Shown one piece after another: positions 16,075 to 24,176 of a DNA stretch of 42,615 nt (position 1 is the first letter of the stretch; each line of letters begins with the position of its first letter). The position numbers were made by a program, and so were the translations under genes. The notes below the pieces were generated by a model that saw only the letters and a program-made list of their open reading frames with translations, was not told the origin of the DNA and searched no databases. The DNA comes from a virus (lineage: Duplodnaviria; Caudoviricetes): the IMG/VR virus record IMGVR_UViG_3300005805_000158, positions 1 through 42,615 of that record; one strand, 5' to 3'.

Positions 16075-16361
16075 CACCTAAAATAGAAAACTTTGGAAGT
16101 TGTGGTTGCGGTCGTAGTCCAACCGGTAAATGTATTGGTTGGCATGGATTGTCTGAGGAACAGTTTTTAGAAGAATCACGAAAATACATGGCATCTGAAT
16201 TAGATAAAATCTTTGACGATCATGCTGATACCATCGATGAAATATCTAAATTAGTTGCTGAAGAAACTTTACAAGCAACAGAAGGCAGTTGCATCTGCGG
16301 TAGGACACAAGATCCAAACGGTAATTGTGATGGCAGTCATTCATTTATAGATCAAGAATAA
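16071..16361 (+). CDS. CDGSH iron-sulfur domain protein with two motifs
   Basis: CGCGRSPTGKCIGWH and CICGRTQDPNGNCDGSH. Confidence 0.8.
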   Translation: MTPKIENFGSCGCGRSPTGKCIGWHGLSEEQFLEESRKYMASELDKIFDDHADTIDEISKLVAEETLQATEGSCICGRTQDPNGNCDGSHSFIDQE

Positions 16362-16371
16362 GGAGTAATAT

Positions 16372-16545
16372 ATGGCAGCAAAGAAAACAGCAAACCCAAT
16401 GCAGACCCGAACAGGTAAACCTAGATTAGGTCCATTAAATTTAAATCAGTTAAATGCCTTATTAGAAAAGACTTCTAAGAAAAAACACAAACGTAAAATC
16501 TTAAACAGAATTGCATTTGTAGAATCAAGAAACACAACAGTATAA
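16372..16545 (+). CDS. 57-aa basic hypothetical protein (MAAKKTANPMQTRTGKPRLGPLNL...)
   Basis: Translated by hand; TAAGGAG RBS. Confidence 0.7.
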   Translation: MAAKKTANPMQTRTGKPRLGPLNLNQLNALLEKTSKKKHKRKILNRIAFVESRNTTV

Positions 16546-16552
16546 AATATAC

Positions 16553-16637
16553 GCCGGCTTGCGCAGAGTGGGATTGCACCTGACTTGTAATCAGGCTTCG
16601 TAAGATAGAGAGTGTTCGATTCACTCAGCCGGCACCA
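16553..16637 (+). tRNA. tRNA-Thr(TGT), atypical (extended variable region, irregular D arm)
   Basis: GCCGGCT/AGCCGGC acceptor, CCTGA-CTTGTAA-TCAGG, T arm GAGTG-TTCGATT-CACTC, ACCA; 85 nt. Confidence 0.85.
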
Positions 16638-16658
16638 CAACAACACTAGGAGAATTAA

Positions 16659-16904
16659 ATGCCGTTAACAAGAATAGATAAAAATCGAGCACCAAATGAT
16701 ACAGAGAAAGCAGTAGAAATGGTAGGCGGCAGTCAGTTTGAATTAATCTTAATAGCGGCAGAAAGAGCACGCGAAATCAAACACGGATCAACTCCTAAGG
16801 TCGGTGGCGATTATGGTGCGGCAGTAACAGCACTATTAGAAGTCGAACAAGGACTTTATACCAAACAGAATTATCTTGATAAAATACACAAAAGATATGT
16901 CTAA
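16659..16904 (+). CDS. rpoZ: RNA polymerase omega subunit homolog
   Basis: KAVEMVGGSQFELILIAAERAREI..ALLEVEQGL matches the omega pattern [31 protein letters not shown]. Confidence 0.8.
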   Translation: MPLTRIDKNRAPNDTEKAVEMVGGSQFELILIAAERAREIKHGSTPKVGGDYGAAVTALLEVEQGLYTKQNYLDKIHKRYV

Positions 16905-16909
16905 TAAAA

Positions 16910-16983
16910 GCGGGATTGGTGTAATGGTAGCACAAGAGTTTTCCAAACTTTTAGCGAGGGTTCGATCCCCTTATCCCGCTCCA
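16910..16983 (+). tRNA. tRNA-Gly(TCC)
   Basis: GCGGGAT/ATCCCGC, AGAGT-TTTCCAA-ACTTT, U73-CCA. Confidence 0.93.
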
Positions 16984-16988
16984 TACCT

Positions 16989-17546
16989 ATGATCAAAATC
17001 GCACCATTTACTAATGCTGTATTTGTAGAAGAATTAGATTACGTACTGACCAGTATAGAATCAGCCATACTTGATCTAAAGGATAGAAATCCAGGAGAAA
17101 CGAACAGCAATAGAGGTGGGTGGCAAAGCAAAAGTTATACAAGATTTGATAAACCTTTTATGACCGGTCTTATCGATTCTGTCACAAAAAAAGTCCAAGA
17201 AGTGTATGATGATCTAGGAATTACTAAAGAACCTACTTTAGGTAACTATTGGTTTAACGTAAATGAAAAGCATCATTACAATATTTCACATAATCATCCA
17301 GGGTCATATGTTTCAGCAGTTTTATATGTTAAGGCACCTAAAGATTGTGGAGAATTGATTATTGAACGTCCGGATCCTTTTATTGATTGGATACACGAGT
17401 ACGAGAACAACGAAAATAATGTAACTAAGATAAAACAAATTCCAAGAGAAAAACTCTTGATAATATTTCCAGCGTATATGCGTCATTATGTTGAAGCAAA
17501 TATGTCTGACGATGCGAGAATCTCTATAGCGTTTAATTTCAAATGA
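16989..17546 (+). CDS. Putative 2OG-Fe(II) oxygenase (TIGR02466-like)
   Basis: SNRGGWQS, WFNVN, HNHP, SAVLYV, FPAYMRHYV, RISIAFN. Confidence 0.85.
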   Translation: MIKIAPFTNAVFVEELDYVLTSIESAILDLKDRNPGETNSNRGGWQSKSYTRFDKPFMTGLIDSVTKKVQEVYDDLGITKEPTLGNYWFNVNEKHHYNISHNHPGSYVSAVLYVKAPKDCGELIIERPDPFIDWIHEYENNENNVTKIKQIPREKLLIIFPAYMRHYVEANMSDDARISIAFNFK

Positions 17547-18115
17547 ATGTAATCGATCAAAACTCACTGGTACGTAAATTTGATTTTAGCAGTGTTATTA
17601 CAGCACAAGATAATCAAGAAGCCTGTAACATCATTAAAAATATAATTGCCGATGGTAATTATTTTACCAACAGTCCAAAATATCAAACTAAAGAAAATAT
17701 ATTTTCTAGATCAGAATCTGTATGGTTAAAATATCGCATGAGCTTTCTATTCAGTGTATTCATGTATCTAGGTAGAGAAGTAAAAGTGTCAAATATGATG
17801 GCCTGGAGCTATATGACCAATTTAGAGGGAGAAGAAGATCGTGATAAATTATGGCACGATCATTGGCATCCTAAAAATCCAGATGCTAGTATGATGAGTG
17901 GAGTACTGTATCTACATATTCCAGAGGATGTTAAAGATCGAGATTACTGTGGCACAGAAATGGCTCCAAATGGTCCAGAAGGAGAGGGTAAATTTTTTGT
18001 GCGTCCAAGTGATTTTACCTGGGTGGTATATCCTAGCAATCTTTATCATAGACCCGGTATTGTTCAAAGCAAAGATTATAGATTTGTGTTAGCAGCAGAT
18101 GTGGAGTATTTTTAA
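17543..18115 (+). CDS. Putative 2OG-Fe(II) oxygenase-like protein
   Basis: WHDH, SGVLYL, GTE, YPSNLYHRP, RFVLAAD. Confidence 0.7.
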   Translation: MNVIDQNSLVRKFDFSSVITAQDNQEACNIIKNIIADGNYFTNSPKYQTKENIFSRSESVWLKYRMSFLFSVFMYLGREVKVSNMMAWSYMTNLEGEEDRDKLWHDHWHPKNPDASMMSGVLYLHIPEDVKDRDYCGTEMAPNGPEGEGKFFVRPSDFTWVVYPSNLYHRPGIVQSKDYRFVLAADVEYF

Positions 18116-18673
18116 ATGGAAGAAAACAACGTACACAATGATTTTATGTACTGGGAGTTTCCAGAACATATACCTAAGAATTTAATTGAACTATTTCTTA
18201 AAGAATCAGAAACGCTAGAGAAGTTTCCGGGCCATGTTGGTAATGGAAATTTAAACGAAAAATTTAGAAAAGTTACAGTACAATATCCTGGAGAGTTTAA
18301 CTTTATGGCAATGATGCTTCATTCGTTTGGCATGAAGGCTAATATGCGTTGTTGGCAATATGACATCTATGGTGTATCACAGTGTGATTTACTAACCTAT
18401 GAAGCCACCGGCGACAAGTATGACGGCCACGTAGACACGCAGGTAGTTTCGCCGGGAATAGTACGTAAGCTAACAGCAATAGCATTTCTTAATGACGACT
18501 ACGAAGGCGGACGTTTTTACTTTATGCACGATGCAAAAAACAAACAATATATAGAAACTAAGCCTGGTTCGGTTGTAGTGTTTCCTTGCCATATTATGCA
18601 CGGTGTTGAACCAGTAACTGCAGGTGAACGAAAAAGTATTGTTACTTGGTTAGTGGGTCCTCCGTTAAAATAG
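18116..18673 (+). CDS. 2OG-Fe(II) oxygenase (prolyl-4-hydroxylase-like)
   Basis: YDGHVD, RKLTAIAFLNDDYEGG, FPCHIMHGVEPVTAGERKSIVTW. Confidence 0.9.
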   Translation: MEENNVHNDFMYWEFPEHIPKNLIELFLKESETLEKFPGHVGNGNLNEKFRKVTVQYPGEFNFMAMMLHSFGMKANMRCWQYDIYGVSQCDLLTYEATGDKYDGHVDTQVVSPGIVRKLTAIAFLNDDYEGGRFYFMHDAKNKQYIETKPGSVVVFPCHIMHGVEPVTAGERKSIVTWLVGPPLK

Positions 18674-18743
18674 TTACAATTTATTAACATCGTAAAAGTT
18701 AAATACTTGTAGCGATCGTTACTTTCGACCGCAAGGAGTAACG

Positions 18744-19115
18744 ATGATTAAACATCTTCTATTTTCTACCATATTTTTCTCCACACTATCTTTGGCTGAT
18801 ATGCCCTCAGAAATGTACATGCCTACAGAAGCTGGTGGGTTTATTACACTAACCTTAGAAGATTGTAAGTTTTCCGAAGCAGTTAAGTTAGGGCTTTTAC
18901 ATCGTGCCACATCATCAGAACCTAATGGTATTTTACACGAAGGTTGTTGGAACAGTCCAAGCATAGAAGAAGCACCCAAACACCCGGGAATACGCATTAT
19001 TCCTGTAGTAAATACATGGTGGGAAGAAGATCCGCAGATTACTACATTTAGAACCCATCAGTTTAGCTCTGAGAAAAAACGTTGGAATGAAACGCCTATT
19101 AAAGGCAATATTTAG
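18744..19115 (+). CDS. Hypothetical exported protein
   Basis: Signal peptide (..STLSLA|D); GGAG RBS; GTTAAATA at 18698-18705. Confidence 0.7.
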   Translation: MIKHLLFSTIFFSTLSLADMPSEMYMPTEAGGFITLTLEDCKFSEAVKLGLLHRATSSEPNGILHEGCWNSPSIEEAPKHPGIRIIPVVNTWWEEDPQITTFRTHQFSSEKKRWNETPIKGNI

Positions 19116-19158
19116 GTGTTTTTGATAATTTTTAAGTATTATGGATTATTTCTTTTGA

Positions 19159-19166
19159 TATAAATA
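19159..19166 (+). promoter_or_regulatory. T4-type late promoter TATAAATA
   Basis: Exact T4 gp55 consensus 36 nt upstream of a virion-like gene. Confidence 0.7.
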
Positions 19167-19202
19167 CATGAGTTAGGAAAGAATACTCCAGGAGTTTTAG
19201 AT

Positions 19203-20498
19203 ATGCCTTTACAAATTCGCAGAGGTACCGCTGCCGAAAAAGATGCAATGATAGTGCCGTTAGCTCAAGGTGAGCTATTATGGACTACAAATGAGAAAAA
19301 ATTATACATTGGTGATGGAGCTACATTACCAATTGCACTAACTCCAGTATCTGGTTTTTCAAATGAAGATGTACAAGATGCTGCTGCACCATTGTTTACA
19401 CATGGTGGGCATTCCGGTATTTCTTTTACGTATAATGACAGTGGTAATCAAATCATAGCCACAGTTAATCTACCAGATTATAGTGGAGTTATACAAGCTG
19501 ACGGATTCCAAGGGTCATTATTTGCTGATGATTCAAGTTTATTGGTAGATGCTATTGAAGGAAAAATTAACCTTGATGGTACAGTTAAAGGCGACATTAT
19601 TCCTAGTTCTAGCCAAGTATTTGATATTGGTAGTCCAACGGCAAGATTCAAAGATTTATATCTAAGTGGTACTTCTCTTTACCTAGGTAATGCTGTACTA
19701 ACAGCAAGCGGTTCATCTGTTAATCTTCCATTTGGTTCAACTATTGGTGGTTCTCCAATTGGTATCGATGTAGGTGAAGCATTACAAGGAAATCTAGTTG
19801 GATCAGTGTTTGGTGACGATTCTACTATGTTAGTAGACGGCGTTGATAATACATTATTTGGTAATACTATTAACACAACAGGTATTTCACTTTCAAGCAA
19901 CGTATTTTCAACTAGTGGCTCACCTTTAGTTATACAACCAAGTTTAAGTGGATTCAGTCGGGTTCCGGTAAACTTTAATATTTTAGCAGCAGGAACAACC
20001 ACTTCGATTGGTGATGCAACTTCAACTTATCAAACTGTTGACATTAGAGCACACAGCGGAAGTCTTGATACTCCGATCGACATCGCACTAGGCGATGTAT
20101 TAGGTACAATTAGCTTAACAGGTTACAGTGTAACAGCAGGCAATGAGATTGGTACAATAGTTGGAGCTCAATGTGATCCTAACGGTAACATAGCGGGTGG
20201 CACACATATTCCTACTAAATTCTTTGTATTCAATGAACCAGCAGTCATTGGAAACCCTCCAGTATTTTTAACGTTTGATAGCTTTGGTCAACTCGCTATT
20301 AATCAAGAATATGCTAGTGCAACATTAGACATTAACGGTTTTGCTAAATTAGCAGTATTAACAGCAGCCCCAGCAACTCCAGCCAACGGTATGGTAGCTA
20401 TCGCTGATGGCACTACATGGGATCCAGCAGGTACAGGTAAATCTGTAATGGTAGTTTATCTAGCAAGTGGTTGGCGAGTAGCTGCTACTGCACCTTAG
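19203..20498 (+). CDS. Virion structural protein, tail-fibre-like (Mtd-N-type N-terminus)
   Basis: LQIRRGT..LAQGELLWTTNEKKLYIGDG; Gly/Ser/Thr-rich; FDIGSPTARFKDLYLSG; repeated GS[LV]F[AG]DDS..LVD motif. Confidence 0.75.
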   Translation: MPLQIRRGTAAEKDAMIVPLAQGELLWTTNEKKLYIGDGATLPIALTPVSGFSNEDVQDAAAPLFTHGGHSGISFTYNDSGNQIIATVNLPDYSGVIQADGFQGSLFADDSSLLVDAIEGKINLDGTVKGDIIPSSSQVFDIGSPTARFKDLYLSGTSLYLGNAVLTASGSSVNLPFGSTIGGSPIGIDVGEALQGNLVGSVFGDDSTMLVDGVDNTLFGNTINTTGISLSSNVFSTSGSPLVIQPSLSGFSRVPVNFNILAAGTTTSIGDATSTYQTVDIRAHSGSLDTPIDIALGDVLGTISLTGYSVTAGNEIGTIVGAQCDPNGNIAGGTHIPTKFFVFNEPAVIGNPPVFLTFDSFGQLAINQEYASATLDINGFAKLAVLTAAPATPANGMVAIADGTTWDPAGTGKSVMVVYLASGWRVAATAP

Positions 20499-21358
20499 TC
20501 TTCTTTGTAGTAATATTCCAAATTATTCACCCCGATTAGTTCTCGAAACTCAGGGGTGAATCTACCTTCAACCTTGACAGTTATACTGCTCTTAGAATAA
20601 GAATCAAAATTTCCATGCCAGTTGTGATGATTGAAAAATGCAGCATGTCCTTCAACAGGTACTGCATCTTTGATTGTGCCTGATTTTTCGTCTAGATCAA
20701 ATAGATAAAAAGGACGATCGATATCAAATCGAAACCATATTAGTTCTTGACGATGTGGGAATGTTTCTGGTTTATTACCACGTTCTCTTGGAAAGTAATT
20801 AAAATCTCTATGATGTCCAAGAGGAATATAATGCTCATTATAGAACACTGTTACAATACCTAATCTATCCATAGGCAAACTTTCTACAAAGTTTTTAAGA
20901 TTAGGAAACTCATCAATATAATCTACCCAACTATAAGTATTCCAATCTTCTTCTGTAAAAATATAAGCATCCGCTGCGTAATGACTGCTGATAGTTTTTC
21001 TGATATTTAAAATATTATAGGGATCAAAAGCACCATATTTCAACTTAAGCAATCTACTTAATCCGTGTTTATCCCCATTGTTTTCAAAATACTTTAATTG
21101 TTCATCTAATTTAGGATTAGTTTTTCTATCCTCATTAGCACGCTCGTAAACATAGTATAAGAGTCCTTTTTCGCGAAATACTTCGTATGGACTATATATG
21201 TTCTCGGGAGCATGTCCGCCAGCATTCCAAACACCTGTACGTATCTTATCCCAGCTTTTGCAGAGTAGAAATTCCCATTCATCTCTAAGACTTAACATCT
21301 TAGGAATGTCTAAATAAGGGTCTAGTGTAATGAAAGGTTTACCATTGAGTGTAAGCAT
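20495..21358 (-). CDS. Putative Fe(II)-dependent oxygenase (HxD...H, cupin-like); paralog of 21970..22755
   Basis: HHRD, FNHHNWHG, KVEGRFT; N-terminus NGKPFITLDPYLDI. Confidence 0.6.
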   Translation of the reverse strand: MLTLNGKPFITLDPYLDIPKMLSLRDEWEFLLCKSWDKIRTGVWNAGGHAPENIYSPYEVFREKGLLYYVYERANEDRKTNPKLDEQLKYFENNGDKHGLSRLLKLKYGAFDPYNILNIRKTISSHYAADAYIFTEEDWNTYSWVDYIDEFPNLKNFVESLPMDRLGIVTVFYNEHYIPLGHHRDFNYFPRERGNKPETFPHRQELIWFRFDIDRPFYLFDLDEKSGTIKDAVPVEGHAAFFNHHNWHGNFDSYSKSSITVKVEGRFTPEFRELIGVNNLEYYYKED

Positions 21359-21363
21359 GAATT

Positions 21364-21371
21364 TATTTATA
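21364..21371 (-). promoter_or_regulatory. T4-type late promoter TATAAATA
   Basis: tatttata on + strand, 5 nt upstream of ATG 21358. Confidence 0.7.
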
Positions 21372-21400
21372 GGTTAGAACTTTAAAGGTATAAAGATCCG

Positions 21401-21973
21401 ATGCACGCAACTTACGTAGGAAATTTCAAAAATCAAATAGATTGTGATTCGTTAATAGAACATTTACGAGTACAGCAAGGTGATGTTCGCACATCAGAAA
21501 CACCCTACGGAAATGCTGTAGAACTCGATGAAGAGCTACTACAGAAAAAATATGAGATGCGTGATATTTGGACCGACGCTGGATATATGGGCTCTGATAC
21601 TGTAGAATGGATCAATTATTATCCGGGTACACATTTTGATACCAATATTGTAGACCTGTTTGGTGATTTAGTCAATGCTGACCCCTACAATGTTTGGGTA
21701 AGTTCTATGCGCCCTGGTAAATGCGTACCAATACATTGGGACATTGTAAAAGAGTATCAAACTCATAGGCATGATCCTCGAATGGTACGCTATAGTTTCT
21801 TTATCGAACAACCTACAATGGGCAAAATCTTTATCTTGAAAGATCAAGAATTTCATATGACAGAGCAAGGTGCTGTTTACAAATGGATCAAATGGGATGA
21901 GTGGCACCTAGGATTCAACTGCGGACTTACACAGAAGTTTATGTTTCACTATATCGGATTTGATAGAGGTTAA
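21401..21973 (+). CDS. Putative 2OG-Fe(II) oxygenase-like protein
   Basis: PGKCVPIHWD, EWHLGFNCG. Confidence 0.65.
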   Translation: MHATYVGNFKNQIDCDSLIEHLRVQQGDVRTSETPYGNAVELDEELLQKKYEMRDIWTDAGYMGSDTVEWINYYPGTHFDTNIVDLFGDLVNADPYNVWVSSMRPGKCVPIHWDIVKEYQTHRHDPRMVRYSFFIEQPTMGKIFILKDQEFHMTEQGAVYKWIKWDEWHLGFNCGLTQKFMFHYIGFDRG

Positions 21974-22755
21974 TAGTTGTCTAGATGAGCAACACCTATA
22001 CGCTCACGGAATTCATCTGTGAACGGACCATCAACCCTCAGGCTGTAACTTTGTTTCGTAGCACGTCCACCTGCGTGCCAGTCTTGATCATTGAACCAAA
22101 CTGCACGACTTTCTGTTAGAACCTTTTCATCTTTTTCAGGATCCCATACATAAAACGGTTTGTCCATGTTAGGACGTAGATGTATAAATTCGTGTCGGTG
22201 TGGAAAATATTCTGTTTCGTTAGGAAGGATTAGATCACGGTGCATAGGCATGATACAATCGTGTTCCGCTTTGAAGAATATAACACGACCAAGATGTTTG
22301 AAAACCTTTTGTTCTACTAGATTTTCCAACCACTGTTTAAGCTCCGGAAATAACTCTGCATCTGGTGTCCAAGATTTTTCATCAAAGCGTGATTCCCATC
22401 CACCTTCTTCTGTTTTAAGAAACACAAACTGATATGGATCGTATGCACCTAAGGCTAATTTTAAGAATAGCATAAACTGATCACGGTTCTTATATTCACC
22501 TATAGCACGTCCTTCAACTCGGATTTCATGATCTTCTGGCAAGGCGTGATATTCTTCTAAAGCACGATATAGAGGTTTGAAATAAAGTTTATCCTCAAGA
22601 ATTTCACAACCACCAGGACGAACCATGTTACCTTCTTTTTTGTACTTAGACTGTACAAGTCCTCGACAGATCTTGTAGTGTAATTTACTGAATCCCTCAA
22701 TGTCAATGTAAGGGTCAAGATTTATATAGGGGGATCCGTTTATACCTTTTATCAT
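21970..22755 (-). CDS. Putative Fe(II)-dependent oxygenase (HxD...H); paralog of 20495..21358
   Basis: PMHRD, FPHRHEFI, FNDQDWHAG, RVDGPFT. Confidence 0.6.
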   Translation of the reverse strand: MIKGINGSPYINLDPYIDIEGFSKLHYKICRGLVQSKYKKEGNMVRPGGCEILEDKLYFKPLYRALEEYHALPEDHEIRVEGRAIGEYKNRDQFMLFLKLALGAYDPYQFVFLKTEEGGWESRFDEKSWTPDAELFPELKQWLENLVEQKVFKHLGRVIFFKAEHDCIMPMHRDLILPNETEYFPHRHEFIHLRPNMDKPFYVWDPEKDEKVLTESRAVWFNDQDWHAGGRATKQSYSLRVDGPFTDEFRERIGVAHLDNY

Positions 22756-23444
22756 TCTGTTCTCACTACATCGTAGTCTAAATTTATTCTATCAAGTGTA
22801 TGTACAATAGTGGCCAACGCTTCTGGTTCTATTAATAATTTATATTCAGTAGGAGTAGGACAATCAAAAGATCCTAATCTGCCATCTTTAACATATCTAT
22901 TCAACAATGGAGATATTGTTTGATCTACAATATATCTAAGATTATGTGGAATAGTTTTAAAGATTATTTTAATCGAAACGAAATCTTCACCAGTATATCT
23001 TTTTAACGGAATACGCATGACTAATTGTATACGATCAACACTGCCAAAATTTACTGCGGTATGTAGGTATGATCCGTCCATTTGATAAAAATTACCATCT
23101 GTTTCTAGTTTGTGCATTTCTTGATCGTTGAGATTTATTAGATAACATTGATCACTGGCTTGTAAATTTAAATGTATTCTGTCGTCGATGTCACTATGCG
23201 ATCTATAACATTCGCCAGGAGTTAATCTAATCAATCTTAGTTCACTAACTTCATAAGGAAGATCATGATATAATTTTTCAAATTCTGTATCTTTCCATTC
23301 AGGAAGAAACTCATAGGAATCATATAAAAAATGTCCGGTAGGTTTATTAATAGCATATCTACCATCAGTGTCCCATTTAATATCTTTGAGATAAGGCATG
23401 AATAGCTGTATGTCAACCTGATAATCTAGCTTCTTAAGATACAT
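22752..23444 (-). CDS. Aspartyl/asparaginyl beta-hydroxylase-like oxygenase
   Basis: LTPGECYRSHSD, RIHL, LHTAVNFG..RIQLV. Confidence 0.7.
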   Translation of the reverse strand: MYLKKLDYQVDIQLFMPYLKDIKWDTDGRYAINKPTGHFLYDSYEFLPEWKDTEFEKLYHDLPYEVSELRLIRLTPGECYRSHSDIDDRIHLNLQASDQCYLINLNDQEMHKLETDGNFYQMDGSYLHTAVNFGSVDRIQLVMRIPLKRYTGEDFVSIKIIFKTIPHNLRYIVDQTISPLLNRYVKDGRLGSFDCPTPTEYKLLIEPEALATIVHTLDRINLDYDVVRTE

Positions 23445-24129
23445 AAATTTTCTTTGCTCTTTCTATAAAATCATCAGGATAGTTACTACGAAAACTTTCA
23501 AAGGTCATTTGCTGTAGTACATCATAAGGTAACACACTATCCCAACTTAGATTATGAGCAGCAAAATATCCTTCTAATTTAGCCTGGCGATCATTGCTGA
23601 TGTGACTACGAAAATGACTCAACGGTACCTGCACTTCATCTGCCGAATGAGAGAAAAAATAATTGATGCTTTTTAGTTGGCCATTAATTACAAAATAGCT
23701 GCTAGGATGCAAACTATATTTGTAAAATCCTAGACCTTTGTGAGCCTGCAAAATGTCTAACATTTGATCTTGCCAATCTGGTAATATCTGATCGAAACTA
23801 CAATTAGCATCTAAACTACGTTGCCAAAAATCAACACCATCTATTTTTAAATAAATTTTCTTTTCTCGAAGATCGATGTCTAAAATTTTAGGAACCAAAT
23901 TAGTACAATGAACAGCCATTTGATTTAGATAGCAAAGTTCTCTTGCCCATTTTTCAGCCATAAGTTCTTTGTCGATTATCTGATTTTTACCTTTGTGATA
24001 ATCAGTATCATTGTAGTACCATTGGACAAATGTCTTTTTATCTTTGGATATCAAGCTGGTATAGATTAAGTTATTCCTAACCAATCCGTGATCTGGAGTA
24101 TTATTGTAATAGTATTCGTAGTTTTCCAT
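23434..24129 (-). CDS. Hypothetical protein with protein-kinase-like features, catalytic residues degenerate
   Basis: RE..L, VPKILD, HKGLGFYKYSLHPSSYFV..LKSINYF; start moved to ATG 24129 after AATAAATA. Confidence 0.5.
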   Translation of the reverse strand: MENYEYYYNNTPDHGLVRNNLIYTSLISKDKKTFVQWYYNDTDYHKGKNQIIDKELMAEKWARELCYLNQMAVHCTNLVPKILDIDLREKKIYLKIDGVDFWQRSLDANCSFDQILPDWQDQMLDILQAHKGLGFYKYSLHPSSYFVINGQLKSINYFFSHSADEVQVPLSHFRSHISNDRQAKLEGYFAAHNLSWDSVLPYDVLQQMTFESFRSNYPDDFIERAKKIYVS

Positions 24130-24136
24130 AGCTTCA

Positions 24137-24171
24137 TATTTATTTGCAGGGGTTATAGCTATAGTTAAATA
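24137..24171. promoter_or_regulatory. Divergent T4-late-like promoters (AATAAATA on -, GTTAAATA on +)
   Basis: tatttatt 24137-24144 and gttaaata 24164-24171, each 5-7 nt from an ATG. Confidence 0.6.
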
Positions 24172-24176
24172 CTGGT

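Noticed and set aside
16553-16637. Calling this tRNA-Tyr because of the GTA triplet and long variable arm
   Set aside because: The 7-nt loop CTTGTAA closed by CCTGA/TCAGG centres on TGT, and the acceptor stem is Thr-like
19203-20498. Diversity-generating retroelement target, given the Mtd-like N-terminus
   Set aside because: No reverse transcriptase, no TR/VR repeat pair and no C-type lectin-like C-terminus seen
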